Source: Kiritimatiellia bacterium
GTDB lineage: Bacteria > Verrucomicrobiota > Kiritimatiellia > RFP12 > JBMNHG01
Assembly: GCA_050950285.1 (NCBI GenBank)
Contig: JBMNHG010000008.1
Location: 310,001 to 374,000, forward strand
DNA: 64,000 bases
Reading direction: 5' to 3'
Below the pieces are notes generated by a model that had not been told where the DNA came from, ran no database searches, and was given only the letters and a program-made list of their open reading frames with translations. The position numbers were made by a program, and so were the translations under genes. Of this stretch, positions 9,287 to 18,752 are shown one piece after another (the stretch's first letter is position 1; the number at the start of each line of letters is the position of its first letter).

Positions 9287-11812
9287 ATGGCGTCTTCCCC
9301 CAAAAAATGGCCCGTCCTCCGCACCTACGACCAAGCCCACCTCCGCGAAATCTCCCTGCCTCTCGGCGGCATCGGCACCGGAACCATCGGATTCGGCGGC
9401 CGCGGGCAGCTCCGCGACTTCGAAATGGCGAACACGCCCGCGAAGGGCTTCCAGCCGCAAAAGACCTTCTTCGCGCTCTGGGCGAAGCCCCAGGGCGGCG
9501 AGGCCGTCACGCGCTGTCTCGAAGGCATCGTCGACCAATACCAGGGTGCGGACGGCAGCCGCGCGCCGAATCACGGCCTGCCGCGATTCCGCTCGTGTTC
9601 GTTCGAGACAGCCTACCCCTTCGGCCAAGCCATCCTCTCCGATCCGGACGTCCCCGTCTCCGTTCGCATCCAAGCCTTCAACCCGCTCGTGCCGGGCGAT
9701 GTCGACGCCAGCAGCCTGCCCGTGGCCGTCCTGCGCTTCACCCTTGCGAACCGCACCGCGAAACCGCTGAAGGCCGCCATCTGCGGGAACCTCCACAACG
9801 CCATCGGCTACGACCCCGTCCGCCCCGGCAACGCGCGGGTCCGCCACCCCAAGGGGAACTTCAACGCATTCCACCCCGCCGGGAAGAAGGGCGCATGGGC
9901 CGGCCTGTTCCTCGGAACCAAGGGCGTGCCGAAGTTCGAAGAGACCTGCGGCTCGATGGCTCTCGCCACCGACGCGCCGAAGGGCGTCACTTTCCGAACG
10001 GACTGGGCGCACCTCTCGTGGGGCGACACGCTCCTCGACTTCTGGGACGACTTCTCCGCCGACGGCAAACTCGAGGACCGTCCCAACCCCGGGGACAAGG
10101 ACGACCCCATGGCCTCGCTCTGCGCCCCCGTGTCCGTCCCCGCCAAAGGCTCCGCTTCCGTCACCTTCCTCGTCGCCTGGCACTTCCCCAACCGGCAGGC
10201 CTGGAATCCCATTGAAGAGAAGACCGACAAGTCCAGGGAAAAAGGCCCGAACTGGGTGGGCAATTACTACGCCACGCTGTACGAGGACGCCTGGGACGTG
10301 GTCGGGAAAACCGTCCCGCAACTGCCCGCCCTGGAGGAACGCACGCGCCTCTTCGTCGAGTCCTTCCTCTCCTCCGACCTGCCCGGCGTCGTGAAGGAAG
10401 CCGCGCTCTTCAACCTCTCCACGCTGCGCACGCAAACCTGCTTCCGCATCGCCTCCGGCAAATTCCTCGCCTGGGAGGGATGCGGGGACGACTTCGGCTG
10501 GTGCTTCGGATCCTGCACCCACGTCTGGAACTACGAGACCGCCACCCACTTCCTCTTCGGCGCCCTCGCCCGCGACATGCGCGACACCGAGTTCGCCTTT
10601 GCCATGCGCGATGACGGCCACATGTCCTTCCGCGTGGGCCTGCCGGTCGAAACGCGCGGCCGGGAGTTCGGTTTCGCCGCCGCCGACGGCCAGATGGGCT
10701 GCTTGATGCGCCTCTACAACGACTGGAAACTCTCCGGCGACGAGGCGATGCTGGAGAAGCTCTGGCCCAACGCCCGCAAGGCCCTCGAATTCTGCTGGCT
10801 CGAAAACGGCTGGGACGGAAACCGCGACGGCGTGATGGAGGGCTGCCAGCACAACACCATGGACGTCGAGTACTACGGCCCGAACCCGCAAATGCAGTTC
10901 TGGTATCTCGGCGCCCTCCGCGCGTGCGAGGAAATGGCCCGCCACCTCGGCGAGGACGACTTCGCCGGCCGCTGCAGGGCCCTTTTCGAGAAGGGCTCCG
11001 CCTTCGCCGGCAGGAAGCTCTTCAATGGGGAGTACTACGAGCACCTCGTCCGCCCGCTTGCATCCGAAGACGCCGTCGTCCCGGGGATCCGCGTGAGCGG
11101 CGAAAGCTCCGTCCATCCCGTGCTGCAACTCGGCGCGGGCTGCCTGGTGGACCAGCTCGCGGGCCAGTACATGGCGCACGTCTGCGGCCTCGGCCCGCTC
11201 GACGACCCCCGGCGCCTGCTCAAGGCTTCGGAATCGGTGAAGCGCTTCAACTACCGGAAGAACCTCTTCGGACACTTCAACCACCTCCGCACCTTCGCGC
11301 TGAACGACGAATCCGCCACGCTGATGGCCTCCTATCCGCGCGGCCGCCGCCCGAAGCGCCCCTTCCCGTACTACAACGAGGTGATGACCGGCTTCGAATA
11401 CACCGCCGCCATCGAACTCATCTTCGAAGGAAAGCCCGCCGACGGCCTGGAGATGATTTCCTCCATCCGCGCCCGCTACGACGGCGCGCGCCGGAACCCC
11501 TTCGACGAAGCGGAATGCGGCCACCACTACGCCCGCGCGATGGCCAGCTGGTCCGCCGTCGTCGCCTTGCAGGGCTTCCAGTACAGCGCGCTCGACGGGA
11601 CGATGGCGATGGCCCCCGCGGGCAAGCCCAAGCCCGGCCGCCACTTCTGGGCCACCGGCGACGCCTGGGGCCTCTGCGACGTGAAGAAGGACGCCAGGAA
11701 AGGCTGGACCGCCTCCATCCGCGTGATGCAAGGCAACGTCAACCTGGAATCCTTCCTCTGGCACGGACGCCCCATCCCCTTCCGCAAGCGCGCCTGCCAA
11801 GTCCGGCGTTGA
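9287..11812 (+). CDS. GH116-family glycosidase (non-lysosomal glucosylceramidase-like), ~841 aa
   Basis: PLGGIGTG N-terminal motif, AWEG, GSCTHVWNY, AADGQMG, QHNTMD, RYDG..RNPF.E.ECG.HYARAM. Confidence 0.88.
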   Translation: MASSPKKWPVLRTYDQAHLREISLPLGGIGTGTIGFGGRGQLRDFEMANTPAKGFQPQKTFFALWAKPQGGEAVTRCLEGIVDQYQGADGSRAPNHGLPRFRSCSFETAYPFGQAILSDPDVPVSVRIQAFNPLVPGDVDASSLPVAVLRFTLANRTAKPLKAAICGNLHNAIGYDPVRPGNARVRHPKGNFNAFHPAGKKGAWAGLFLGTKGVPKFEETCGSMALATDAPKGVTFRTDWAHLSWGDTLLDFWDDFSADGKLEDRPNPGDKDDPMASLCAPVSVPAKGSASVTFLVAWHFPNRQAWNPIEEKTDKSREKGPNWVGNYYATLYEDAWDVVGKTVPQLPALEERTRLFVESFLSSDLPGVVKEAALFNLSTLRTQTCFRIASGKFLAWEGCGDDFGWCFGSCTHVWNYETATHFLFGALARDMRDTEFAFAMRDDGHMSFRVGLPVETRGREFGFAAADGQMGCLMRLYNDWKLSGDEAMLEKLWPNARKALEFCWLENGWDGNRDGVMEGCQHNTMDVEYYGPNPQMQFWYLGALRACEEMARHLGEDDFAGRCRALFEKGSAFAGRKLFNGEYYEHLVRPLASEDAVVPGIRVSGESSVHPVLQLGAGCLVDQLAGQYMAHVCGLGPLDDPRRLLKASESVKRFNYRKNLFGHFNHLRTFALNDESATLMASYPRGRRPKRPFPYYNEVMTGFEYTAAIELIFEGKPADGLEMISSIRARYDGARRNPFDEAECGHHYARAMASWSAVVALQGFQYSALDGTMAMAPAGKPKPGRHFWATGDAWGLCDVKKDARKGWTASIRVMQGNVNLESFLWHGRPIPFRKRACQVRR

Positions 11813-11837
11813 CACCTCGGGGCGAAGCTGGTACAAG
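11809..11837 (+). promoter_or_regulatory. Sigma70 promoter for tRNA-Val(CAC)
   Basis: TTGACA (11809-14), 17 bp, TACAAG with extended TG; overlaps the GH116 stop codon. Confidence 0.7.
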
Positions 11838-11849
11838 TTCACCCGCCTT

Positions 11850-11926
11850 GGACGATTAGCTCAGTTGGTTAGAGCGCCGCTTTCACACGGCGGAGGCCAC
11901 TGGTCCGAGTCCAGTATCGTCCACCA
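11850..11926 (+). tRNA. tRNA-Val(CAC)
   Basis: Cloverleaf: acceptor GGACGAT/ATCGTCC, anticodon arm CCGCT-TTCACAC-GGCGG, encoded CCA. T-loop is TCCGAGT (atypical). Confidence 0.92.
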
Positions 11927-11936
11927 TCCTTTCCCC

Positions 11937-11974
11937 AAAAACGGCGCGCCGCGAAAAAAGCGGCGCGCCGTTTT
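11937..11974. terminator. Bidirectional intrinsic terminator after the tRNA
   Basis: AAAAACGGCGCGCCGC-GAAAAAA-GCGGCGCGCCGTTTT inverted repeat. Confidence 0.8.
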
Positions 11975-12109
11975 CCCGTCTCCCGGACGATGCTTCGGGA
12001 GTGGAGGGGCGGGCGCCCGGGTTGCGCGCGCCCCCCCTTTGTGCGATACTGCGTCATCGGCGAAAGCGTCCGACATCCTCTCGCCCTCCATCGTCCCGGA
12101 GACCTTCCC

Positions 12110-13285
12110 ATGCGCGAACCCTGCACGATAGCCGTCGGCGGCCACATCTGCCTGGACATCATCCCTTCCTTCCGCCCGCATTCCGCCACCACGTTCGGCG
12201 AGCTGCTGGTGCCGGGCAAGCTCCTCAACGTCGACGCGGCCGTGCTCGGCACGGGCGGCGCGGTTTCCAACACCGGCCTCGCCCTGCATCGCCTGGGGAT
12301 GCCCGTGCGCCTGATGGGCAAGGTGGGCGACGACGCCCTCGGCGCCACCATCCTCTCGCTCCTCCGCAAGCACGCCGGCACGCCCGGCGCCGAGGCCGCG
12401 CTCGTCGGCGGGATGATTGTCGACCCCGCCGCGGCCACCTCCTACACCGTGGTGCTGAACCCGCCCGGCATCGACCGCTGCTTCCTCCACTGCCCCGGCG
12501 CGAACGACGTCTTCCGCGCTTCGGACGTCACGCCCGGACGCCTCGGCGACGCGGGGCTCTTCCACTTCGGCTACCCCCCGCTGATGAAGACGATGTACGA
12601 AGACGGCGGCGTCGAACTCTCCGGGATGTTCGCTTCGATCCGCGCGGGCGGCATCACCACCTCGCTCGACATGACGCTGCCCGACCCGTCCTCGCCCTCC
12701 GGCCAGGTCGATTGGCCCGCGATCCTCGCGAGAACCCTCCCGCAGGTCGATTTCTTCGTCCCCAGTGTCGACGAGCTCGTCTACATGCTCGAGCGCGGCC
12801 GTTTCGACGCGATGATGGCCGATTCCCTGCGCGGCGTGCCGCTGGGCGGGCTCGTCGCCGCCGATATCCGGGCGCTGGCGGACAAGGCCATCGCCCTGGG
12901 CGCCGCCGCCGTGATGATCAAGCTCGGCACGCAGGGCGCCTGCCTCCGCGTGACGGACGACGTCGACCGCCTGCGCGCCTGCGGCCGGGGCGGTCCCGCC
13001 GATCCCGAGGCCTGGCGGGGCGCGGAGTTCCACGCCCCCTGTTTCCACGCGGACGTCGTGGGCACCACCGGCTCGGGCGACTGCGCCATCGCCGGCTTCC
13101 TCGCGGGCGTGGTCCAGGGATTCGGCCCCGGCGAAAGCCTGCGATGGGCCGTCGCCACCGGCTCCGCCAGCGTCGAGCGCGCCGATTCCGTCAGCGGCGT
13201 CCCCTCCGCCGCGGCCCTCGCCGGGCGCATGGCCGCCGGCTGGCCCCGCGACCCCTTCGACATCGATTTCCCCTCCCGCGTCTGA
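12110..13285 (+). CDS. PfkB-family carbohydrate kinase, ~391 aa
   Basis: GGAVSNTG..LHRLG..MGKVGDD and VGTTGSGDCAIAGF signatures. Confidence 0.9.
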   Translation: MREPCTIAVGGHICLDIIPSFRPHSATTFGELLVPGKLLNVDAAVLGTGGAVSNTGLALHRLGMPVRLMGKVGDDALGATILSLLRKHAGTPGAEAALVGGMIVDPAAATSYTVVLNPPGIDRCFLHCPGANDVFRASDVTPGRLGDAGLFHFGYPPLMKTMYEDGGVELSGMFASIRAGGITTSLDMTLPDPSSPSGQVDWPAILARTLPQVDFFVPSVDELVYMLERGRFDAMMADSLRGVPLGGLVAADIRALADKAIALGAAAVMIKLGTQGACLRVTDDVDRLRACGRGGPADPEAWRGAEFHAPCFHADVVGTTGSGDCAIAGFLAGVVQGFGPGESLRWAVATGSASVERADSVSGVPSAAALAGRMAAGWPRDPFDIDFPSRV

Positions 13286-13320
13286 ACCCATCCATCCACC
13301 CCCGCACGACAAGGTCTGCC

Positions 13321-14391
13321 ATGCCCAAGAAAATCCACGTCGGACTCATCGGCTGCGGCGGCATCAGCCGCTGGGCCCACGTCCCCTTCTACCGGGACGA
13401 ATCCCGCGTCGAGGTCGTCGCCGTGTGCGACATCCTCCCCGAACGTGCCGAAGCCTTCCGGAAGGAGTTCTTCCCGGACGCCGAAGCCTTCACGGACTAC
13501 AGGGAACTGCTGGCCCGCAAGGACGTCGACGCCGTCGACATCTGCACGCCGAACCATCTGCACTCCGACATCTCCGTGGCCGCGTCGAAGGCCGGGAAGC
13601 ACGTCTTCTGCGAGAAGCCCGACGCCGTCTCCCCCAGGAAGGCCCAGGCGATGGCCGACGCCGCGGAGGCCGCCGGCAAGACGCTCATGGTGATGCGCAA
13701 CAACCGCTTCTCCGACCCCTCCGCCTACGCGAAGAAGTTCATCGCCGAAGGCCGCATGGGCGAAATCTATGCGGGGCGTTGCGCCTGGCAGCGCCGGCGC
13801 GGCATCCCCGGCAAGGGCGGCTGGTTCACCCGGAAGGCCCTCTCCGGCGGCGGGCCGCTCATCGACCTCGGCGTGCACATGATCGACCTCGCGGTCTGGC
13901 TCATGGGCAACCCGCGCCCCGCGGCCGTCTCCGGCGCCACCTTCCGCAAATTCGCCGACAGCGACTCCTCCGATTCCGCGAACAGCGCCTTCGGCGATGC
14001 GGTCGAGGGCGGCCTCTTCGACGTCGAAGACCTCGCCATGGGCCTCATCCGCTTCGACAGCGGCGCCGTGCTGCAGGTCGAGTTCAGCTGGGCCTCGAAC
14101 GTGAAGGAGGAGCACCGCTTCGTCGAACTCCGCGGCACCAAGGCCGGACTCACGTGGCTCGACGGCACGTCGCTCGAAATCTACTCCGAGGAATCCGGGC
14201 AGCTCACCGACCTCTCCCTTGCCGGGAACCTCGTGGACGACGGCCACGCCCGCAACCTGCGCCACTTCTTCGACGTCCTCCAGAAGAAAGCCTCCCCCTG
14301 CTTCGTCCCCCGGCAAGGCGTCGACATGATCCGGATTCTCGACGCCATGTACCGCTCCGCCCGGACGGGCTCCGAAGTCAAGCTCGCCTGA
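13321..14391 (+). CDS. Gfo/Idh/MocA-family oxidoreductase (ThuB-like), ~356 aa
   Basis: IGCGGI, ICTPNHLH, HVFCEKP, GGGPLIDLGVHMID. Confidence 0.92.
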   Translation: MPKKIHVGLIGCGGISRWAHVPFYRDESRVEVVAVCDILPERAEAFRKEFFPDAEAFTDYRELLARKDVDAVDICTPNHLHSDISVAASKAGKHVFCEKPDAVSPRKAQAMADAAEAAGKTLMVMRNNRFSDPSAYAKKFIAEGRMGEIYAGRCAWQRRRGIPGKGGWFTRKALSGGGPLIDLGVHMIDLAVWLMGNPRPAAVSGATFRKFADSDSSDSANSAFGDAVEGGLFDVEDLAMGLIRFDSGAVLQVEFSWASNVKEEHRFVELRGTKAGLTWLDGTSLEIYSEESGQLTDLSLAGNLVDDGHARNLRHFFDVLQKKASPCFVPRQGVDMIRILDAMYRSARTGSEVKLA

Positions 14392-14443
14392 AGCATCCCC
14401 GTCGCCCCATCCCTCCATCCCTCCATCGAAAGGATTCCCCTGC

Positions 14444-15232
14444 ATGTCCATCAAGAAGAACGTCACCATCTGGAATGAATACGTCCACGAATGCGGCGAA
14501 GACGACGTCGGCCGCCACATCCGCTCCATCTACCCGACGGGCATCCACGGCGCCCTCGAGTCGCACCTCATGGCCGACGACCTGGCCATCCGGGGCGTCA
14601 CGCTGCAGGACCCCTGCCAAGGCCTGCCCGACGAGCTTCTCGCGAAGACGGACGTCCTCGTCTGGTGGGGCCACTGCGCGCACCATCTCGTGAGCGACGA
14701 ACTCGCCGGGAAGGTCCAGTACCGCGTGCTCGAAGGCATGGGTCTGGTCGTGCTGCACTCCGGCCACTACTCGAAGCCCTTCCGCCGCCTGATGGGCACC
14801 AGCTGCTCGTTGCGCTGGCGCGAGATCGGCGAGAAGGAACGCGTGTGGGCGGTCGACCCCTCGCACCCCGTGGCGCAGGGCCTGCCCGACAGCTTCGTCG
14901 TGCCGCACACCGAAATGTACGGCGAGCCGTTCGGCCTGCCGAACGACGGGCACGTGGTCTTCGCCTCCTGGTACGAAGGCGGGAACCTCTTCCGCAGCGG
15001 CGTGGCCTTCCGGCGCGGCGCGGGCAAGATCTTCTACTTCTCGCCCGGCCACGAGACCTTCCCCATCTACCACCAGCCCGAGGTGGTGAAGGTGATCGGC
15101 AACGCGATCCGCTGGGCCTGCCCCGCGCTTCCCGCGCAGAAGACCGATTGCTGGGACTGCGATCCCGCCGTGGAACCCGTCACGTCGGAGAATCCGCTCG
15201 ACCGGATGGACACCTCCGCCCTGCACGCGTAG
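14444..15232 (+). CDS. thuA: ThuA trehalose-utilisation family protein
   Basis: IWNE, IYPTGIHG, DVLVWWGH, GMGLVVLHSGHYSK, EMYGEPF, YFSPGHETFPIY. Confidence 0.85.
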   Translation: MSIKKNVTIWNEYVHECGEDDVGRHIRSIYPTGIHGALESHLMADDLAIRGVTLQDPCQGLPDELLAKTDVLVWWGHCAHHLVSDELAGKVQYRVLEGMGLVVLHSGHYSKPFRRLMGTSCSLRWREIGEKERVWAVDPSHPVAQGLPDSFVVPHTEMYGEPFGLPNDGHVVFASWYEGGNLFRSGVAFRRGAGKIFYFSPGHETFPIYHQPEVVKVIGNAIRWACPALPAQKTDCWDCDPAVEPVTSENPLDRMDTSALHA

Positions 15233-15256
15233 GACGCCGCCGGAACCGCGTCGCGG

Positions 15257-15294
15257 ACAGGAAGGGGATGGGCCGCGGCCCATCCCCTTCCTGT
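15257..15294. terminator. Perfect 38-bp palindrome between convergent ThuA-like genes (probable terminator)
   Basis: ACAGGAAGGGGATGGGCCG|CGGCCCATCCCCTTCCTGT. Confidence 0.7.
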
Positions 15295-15313
15295 TCCTCC
15301 CGATGGCGGAAGC

Positions 15314-15994
15314 CTACCGGCTGGCGAATTCGGGTTGGATCTCGAGCCTGGCGGCCCACTGGATGCCGCGCTTGACGATCTCGAAGGCTTCGGGGACGTC
15401 GAAGTCCTTGTTCACGTGGCCCAGCGAGGTGTAGAAGACGCGGCCCTTGCCCCAGCGGCGCTTCCAGACCACGGGCATCACCGTGCCGCGGATCCATTCG
15501 GCGCCTTCCTGGTCGCCCTTGAAAATCGTGGTGGCGAGGACTTCGTTGCCCGGATCCGTATGCATGTAGTACTGCTCGGAGTTCATGTCGAAATCCGCGA
15601 GCCCCGCGACGATGGGATCGTCGGTGCGCCCGATGAGAACGCGGTAGTCGATGACGCCGCCGGGGTGGGCGACCCACTGGCCGCCGGTCATGAACTGGTA
15701 GCCCGTGTCCTGCCGGAAGGCGTCGCACATGCCGCCGTGCCAGCCGGCGAGGCCGACGCCGCCGCGCACCGCGTCCTGCAGGGCGGCGGACTGCTCGCCC
15801 TTGATTTCGCCCATCGTCCAGATGGGGATGACGACGTCGAGGCTCTCCATGAAGGGTTTGTCGAGGTAGATGTCCAACGTGTCGCTGGTGGTCACGTCCC
15901 AGCCGCGCTCGCGCAGCCAAGCCTCGTAGCGATCTTTGCAGGGGACGGGTTCGTGGCCGTCCCAGCCTCCAAATACAATCAGAGCCTTGCTCAT
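15314..15994 (-). CDS. ThuA-like domain protein (class I glutamine amidotransferase-like fold)
   Basis: GGWDGHEP, GWHGGMCDAFR, GGQWVAHPG, SEQYYMH, WGKGRVFYTSLGH. Confidence 0.85.
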   Translation of the reverse strand: MSKALIVFGGWDGHEPVPCKDRYEAWLRERGWDVTTSDTLDIYLDKPFMESLDVVIPIWTMGEIKGEQSAALQDAVRGGVGLAGWHGGMCDAFRQDTGYQFMTGGQWVAHPGGVIDYRVLIGRTDDPIVAGLADFDMNSEQYYMHTDPGNEVLATTIFKGDQEGAEWIRGTVMPVVWKRRWGKGRVFYTSLGHVNKDFDVPEAFEIVKRGIQWAARLEIQPEFASR

Positions 15995-16076
15995 GTCGGG
16001 AAACCTTTCTTGGGGAATGGGTGGGGAATGGTCGGGGAATGCGGGGGATACAGGGGGAGCGGCGCGCCGCGCCTTC

Positions 16077-17093
16077 CTAGCGGAGGAGGCCCTTGTCGCG
16101 GTACCACTCGAAGGTGCGGCGCAGGCCCTCGTCCAGGCCCACCTTCGGGTCGTAGCCGAGTTCGACGCGGGCGCGGGTGATGTCGAAGGCGCGGTTCTGG
16201 CGGAACCAGTCCACGCGGCGCGGGTGGATGGGCGGGGCGATGCGGAGGGGCTTGCAGACGGCCTGCACGATGTGGCCCGCGGCGACCACCGGCCAGAGGG
16301 GGTAGCGGCGGAACTTCACCGGCACGCCCATCGCCTTGGCGGTGCGCAGCACGAGGTCTTCGATGGTGACGTATTCGGCGTCGGCGGCGAGGTAGGCGCG
16401 GCCGTTGCTCTTCTCGTTCGAGGGGTCCATCGCGAGCACGAAGACGTCCACGAGGTTGTCGATGTAGACCGGGTGGTAGAGGGTCTGGCCGTCGCCGATC
16501 ATCGGGAACACGCCCTTCGCGACGCGGCGGAAAATCAGGTTGAAGCGCTCGGGGTCGCCCGGCCCGTAGATGGCCGAGGGGCGCACGATCGAGGCCTTGA
16601 TCTTGCCGGACTTCGCGAAATCGAGCGTGATCGGCTCGGCCTTGTACTTCGACATCTGGTAGTAGTCGGCGGGCGCGATGTTGTGGTCTTCGTCCGTGGG
16701 CGGATCGAGCACGTTGCCGTGGACGCCGCAGGTGGAACAGTAGACGAACTTCTTCACGCCGGCCTTCACCGCCTCTTCCAGGCAGATCCGCGTGCCGCCG
16801 ACGTTCACGTCGTCGTAGTAGCTCTCGGGCACATCCATCTCGCGGAAGGCCGCCGCGACGTGCTGCACATAGTCGACGCCCCGCATGCAGCGGGCGACGC
16901 ACTCGCGGTTGGTGACGCCCTGCGGGTCGAGCACGACCTCGGCGCCCCACCGGCGGATTTCGGCGGCGGTGTCGATGCCCGCGGCGACGCCGGGCTTGTA
17001 GTCCATGCACACCACCTGGTGGCCCAGGTCCAGCAGACGGCGGACGAGCGCCTTCCCAGTGAAACCGGTACCTCCGGTCACGAGCACTTTCAT
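16077..17093 (-). CDS. NAD-dependent epimerase/dehydratase, ~338 aa
   Basis: VTGGTGFTG, YQMSK (YxxxK), RPSAIYGPGD. Confidence 0.9.
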   Translation of the reverse strand: MKVLVTGGTGFTGKALVRRLLDLGHQVVCMDYKPGVAAGIDTAAEIRRWGAEVVLDPQGVTNRECVARCMRGVDYVQHVAAAFREMDVPESYYDDVNVGGTRICLEEAVKAGVKKFVYCSTCGVHGNVLDPPTDEDHNIAPADYYQMSKYKAEPITLDFAKSGKIKASIVRPSAIYGPGDPERFNLIFRRVAKGVFPMIGDGQTLYHPVYIDNLVDVFVLAMDPSNEKSNGRAYLAADAEYVTIEDLVLRTAKAMGVPVKFRRYPLWPVVAAGHIVQAVCKPLRIAPPIHPRRVDWFRQNRAFDITRARVELGYDPKVGLDEGLRRTFEWYRDKGLLR

Positions 17094-17126
17094 GGGGGAT
17101 CCTCGCAGGTTTCCAACGATGGAGAC

Positions 17127-17146
17127 GAAAAACGGCACGCCGCGAA
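17127..17146 (-). repeat. Dispersed repeat copy (3' arm of a minus-strand terminator-like hairpin)
   Basis: GAAAAACGGCACGCCGCGAA. Confidence 0.7.
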
Positions 17147-17236
17147 ACGGGGCGTCCGGCGTGGGATCATGATATCCCAAACGCCCCGGCAGGGCAACTG
17201 GAAGCGGGGGGCGATCCGGGGGCGGCGGCGCGTCTC

Positions 17237-18745
17237 TCACTCCCGCGGCCGGACGCCCGTGGCGTGGAGGATGATGGCGCCCTCGTCGATTTCGTCGCGC
17301 CGCAGTTCGGCCACCGTGCGCCCCCCGCGCATCACGACGACGCGATCGGCCAGGCCGACCATCTCCTCCATCTCGGAAGAGATCAGCAGGCAGGCCATGC
17401 CTTGGGAGGCCATCTTCCGAAGGAACCTGTAGATGTCGCGCTTGGCCGCGACGTCCACGCCGCGCGTCGGTTCGTCGGCGATCAGGATGCGGGGCAGGGT
17501 GTCGGCGCATTTGGCGAGGGCGACCTTCTGCTGGTTCCCCCCGCTGAGTTCCCCGACGCGCGGATTCCCGGAGCGGCTGCGGATGTCGAATTCCCTCGCG
17601 AACCAGGCGGCGCGGGCGGCGAGCGGGCCGCGCCGCAACCACGGTCTCGCGTAGCGCGGGAGCGAGGCGAGGGTGACGTTGGCCGGCACGTCGAAATCCA
17701 GCAGGACGCCCGCCCCCTGCCGATCTTCGGGCAGGTAGGCGAGGCGCCGCTCCAGCGCGGCGCGCGGCGTGGAGGGGTGGAACGGCCTGCCGCCGATGCG
17801 GACGCTTCCCGAGCGCATCGGGCGGATCCCCAGAAGGGTCTCGGCCAGTTCGGTGCGTCCGGCGCCGGCCAGCCCGGCGAGCCCCACGATTTCACCCGCC
17901 CGCACCACGAGCGACGCGTCGGACGGGAAGCCCTCTTTCGCGGCGAGGCGCTCCACCTCCAGCAGCGGCTCGCCGGGGGCGGCATCGGCCTTGGGCGGGA
18001 AGAGGTCGGAGAGCGGGCGCCCCACCATGCGCTCGGCGAGCCCCGCCTCGTCGATTCCGGCGGTGTCGAGCAGGCCGACGGGGCTCCCGTCGCGGAGCAC
18101 CAGCACGCGGTCGCACGCGGCGCGCACGTCCGCCAGGCGGTGCGAAATCAAGAGGATCGCGACGCCGTCCGCGCGGAGGCGTCCGAGGCAGGCGAACAGG
18201 CAGGCGGCCTCCTGGTTGGACAGGACGGTGGTCGGCTCGTCGAGGATGAGCAGGCGGCACTGGTGGACGAGCCCTTTCGCGAGTTCGACCATCTGCCGTG
18301 CGGCGACGCCCAGATCCCCCACCTTCGCGTCGGGATCGACGGCGGCATCCAGCTGCCGCAGCGCGGCCCGGGAGCGCTCCCGCATGGCGGCGCGGTCGAG
18401 GAGCCCGGCGGCGTTCACGAGCTCGTGCCCCAGGAAGATGTTCTCGTACCCGCGCAATTCGGGCACGAGGTCGAACTCCTGCGGCACGAACGCGATGCCG
18501 GCGCGGCGCGCCGCGGCCGGGGAGCCGAGGCGCGCCGGAACCCCGTCGAGGAACAGCTCGCCCTCCGTCGCCGCGTGGATTCCCGCGAGAATCTTCACGA
18601 GCGTCGATTTCCCGGCGCCGTTCTCGCCTACGATCCCCAGCGAGTCGCCCGCGGACAGATCGAAGGAAACATGGTCCAGCACGCGGCCGCCCGGGAAGTC
18701 TTTGCAAAGCCCTCTGGCCTGGAGGAAGGGAGTGGGAGTGTTCAT
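17237..18745 (-). CDS. Sugar ABC transporter ATP-binding protein (RbsA-like, two NBDs)
   Basis: GENGAGKSTL, LILDEPT, EDRQ, LSGGNQQK, DEPTRGVDV. Confidence 0.92.
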   Translation of the reverse strand: MNTPTPFLQARGLCKDFPGGRVLDHVSFDLSAGDSLGIVGENGAGKSTLVKILAGIHAATEGELFLDGVPARLGSPAAARRAGIAFVPQEFDLVPELRGYENIFLGHELVNAAGLLDRAAMRERSRAALRQLDAAVDPDAKVGDLGVAARQMVELAKGLVHQCRLLILDEPTTVLSNQEAACLFACLGRLRADGVAILLISHRLADVRAACDRVLVLRDGSPVGLLDTAGIDEAGLAERMVGRPLSDLFPPKADAAPGEPLLEVERLAAKEGFPSDASLVVRAGEIVGLAGLAGAGRTELAETLLGIRPMRSGSVRIGGRPFHPSTPRAALERRLAYLPEDRQGAGVLLDFDVPANVTLASLPRYARPWLRRGPLAARAAWFAREFDIRSRSGNPRVGELSGGNQQKVALAKCADTLPRILIADEPTRGVDVAAKRDIYRFLRKMASQGMACLLISSEMEEMVGLADRVVVMRGGRTVAELRRDEIDEGAIILHATGVRPRE

Positions 18746-18752
18746 GGCGAAT

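Noticed and set aside
16012..16057. GGGGAATG repeats and G-runs (similar tracts at ~940-963, ~14407-14427, ~46853-46880)
   Set aside because: C-rich leaders on the coding strand; G-quadruplex or regulatory function cannot be supported.
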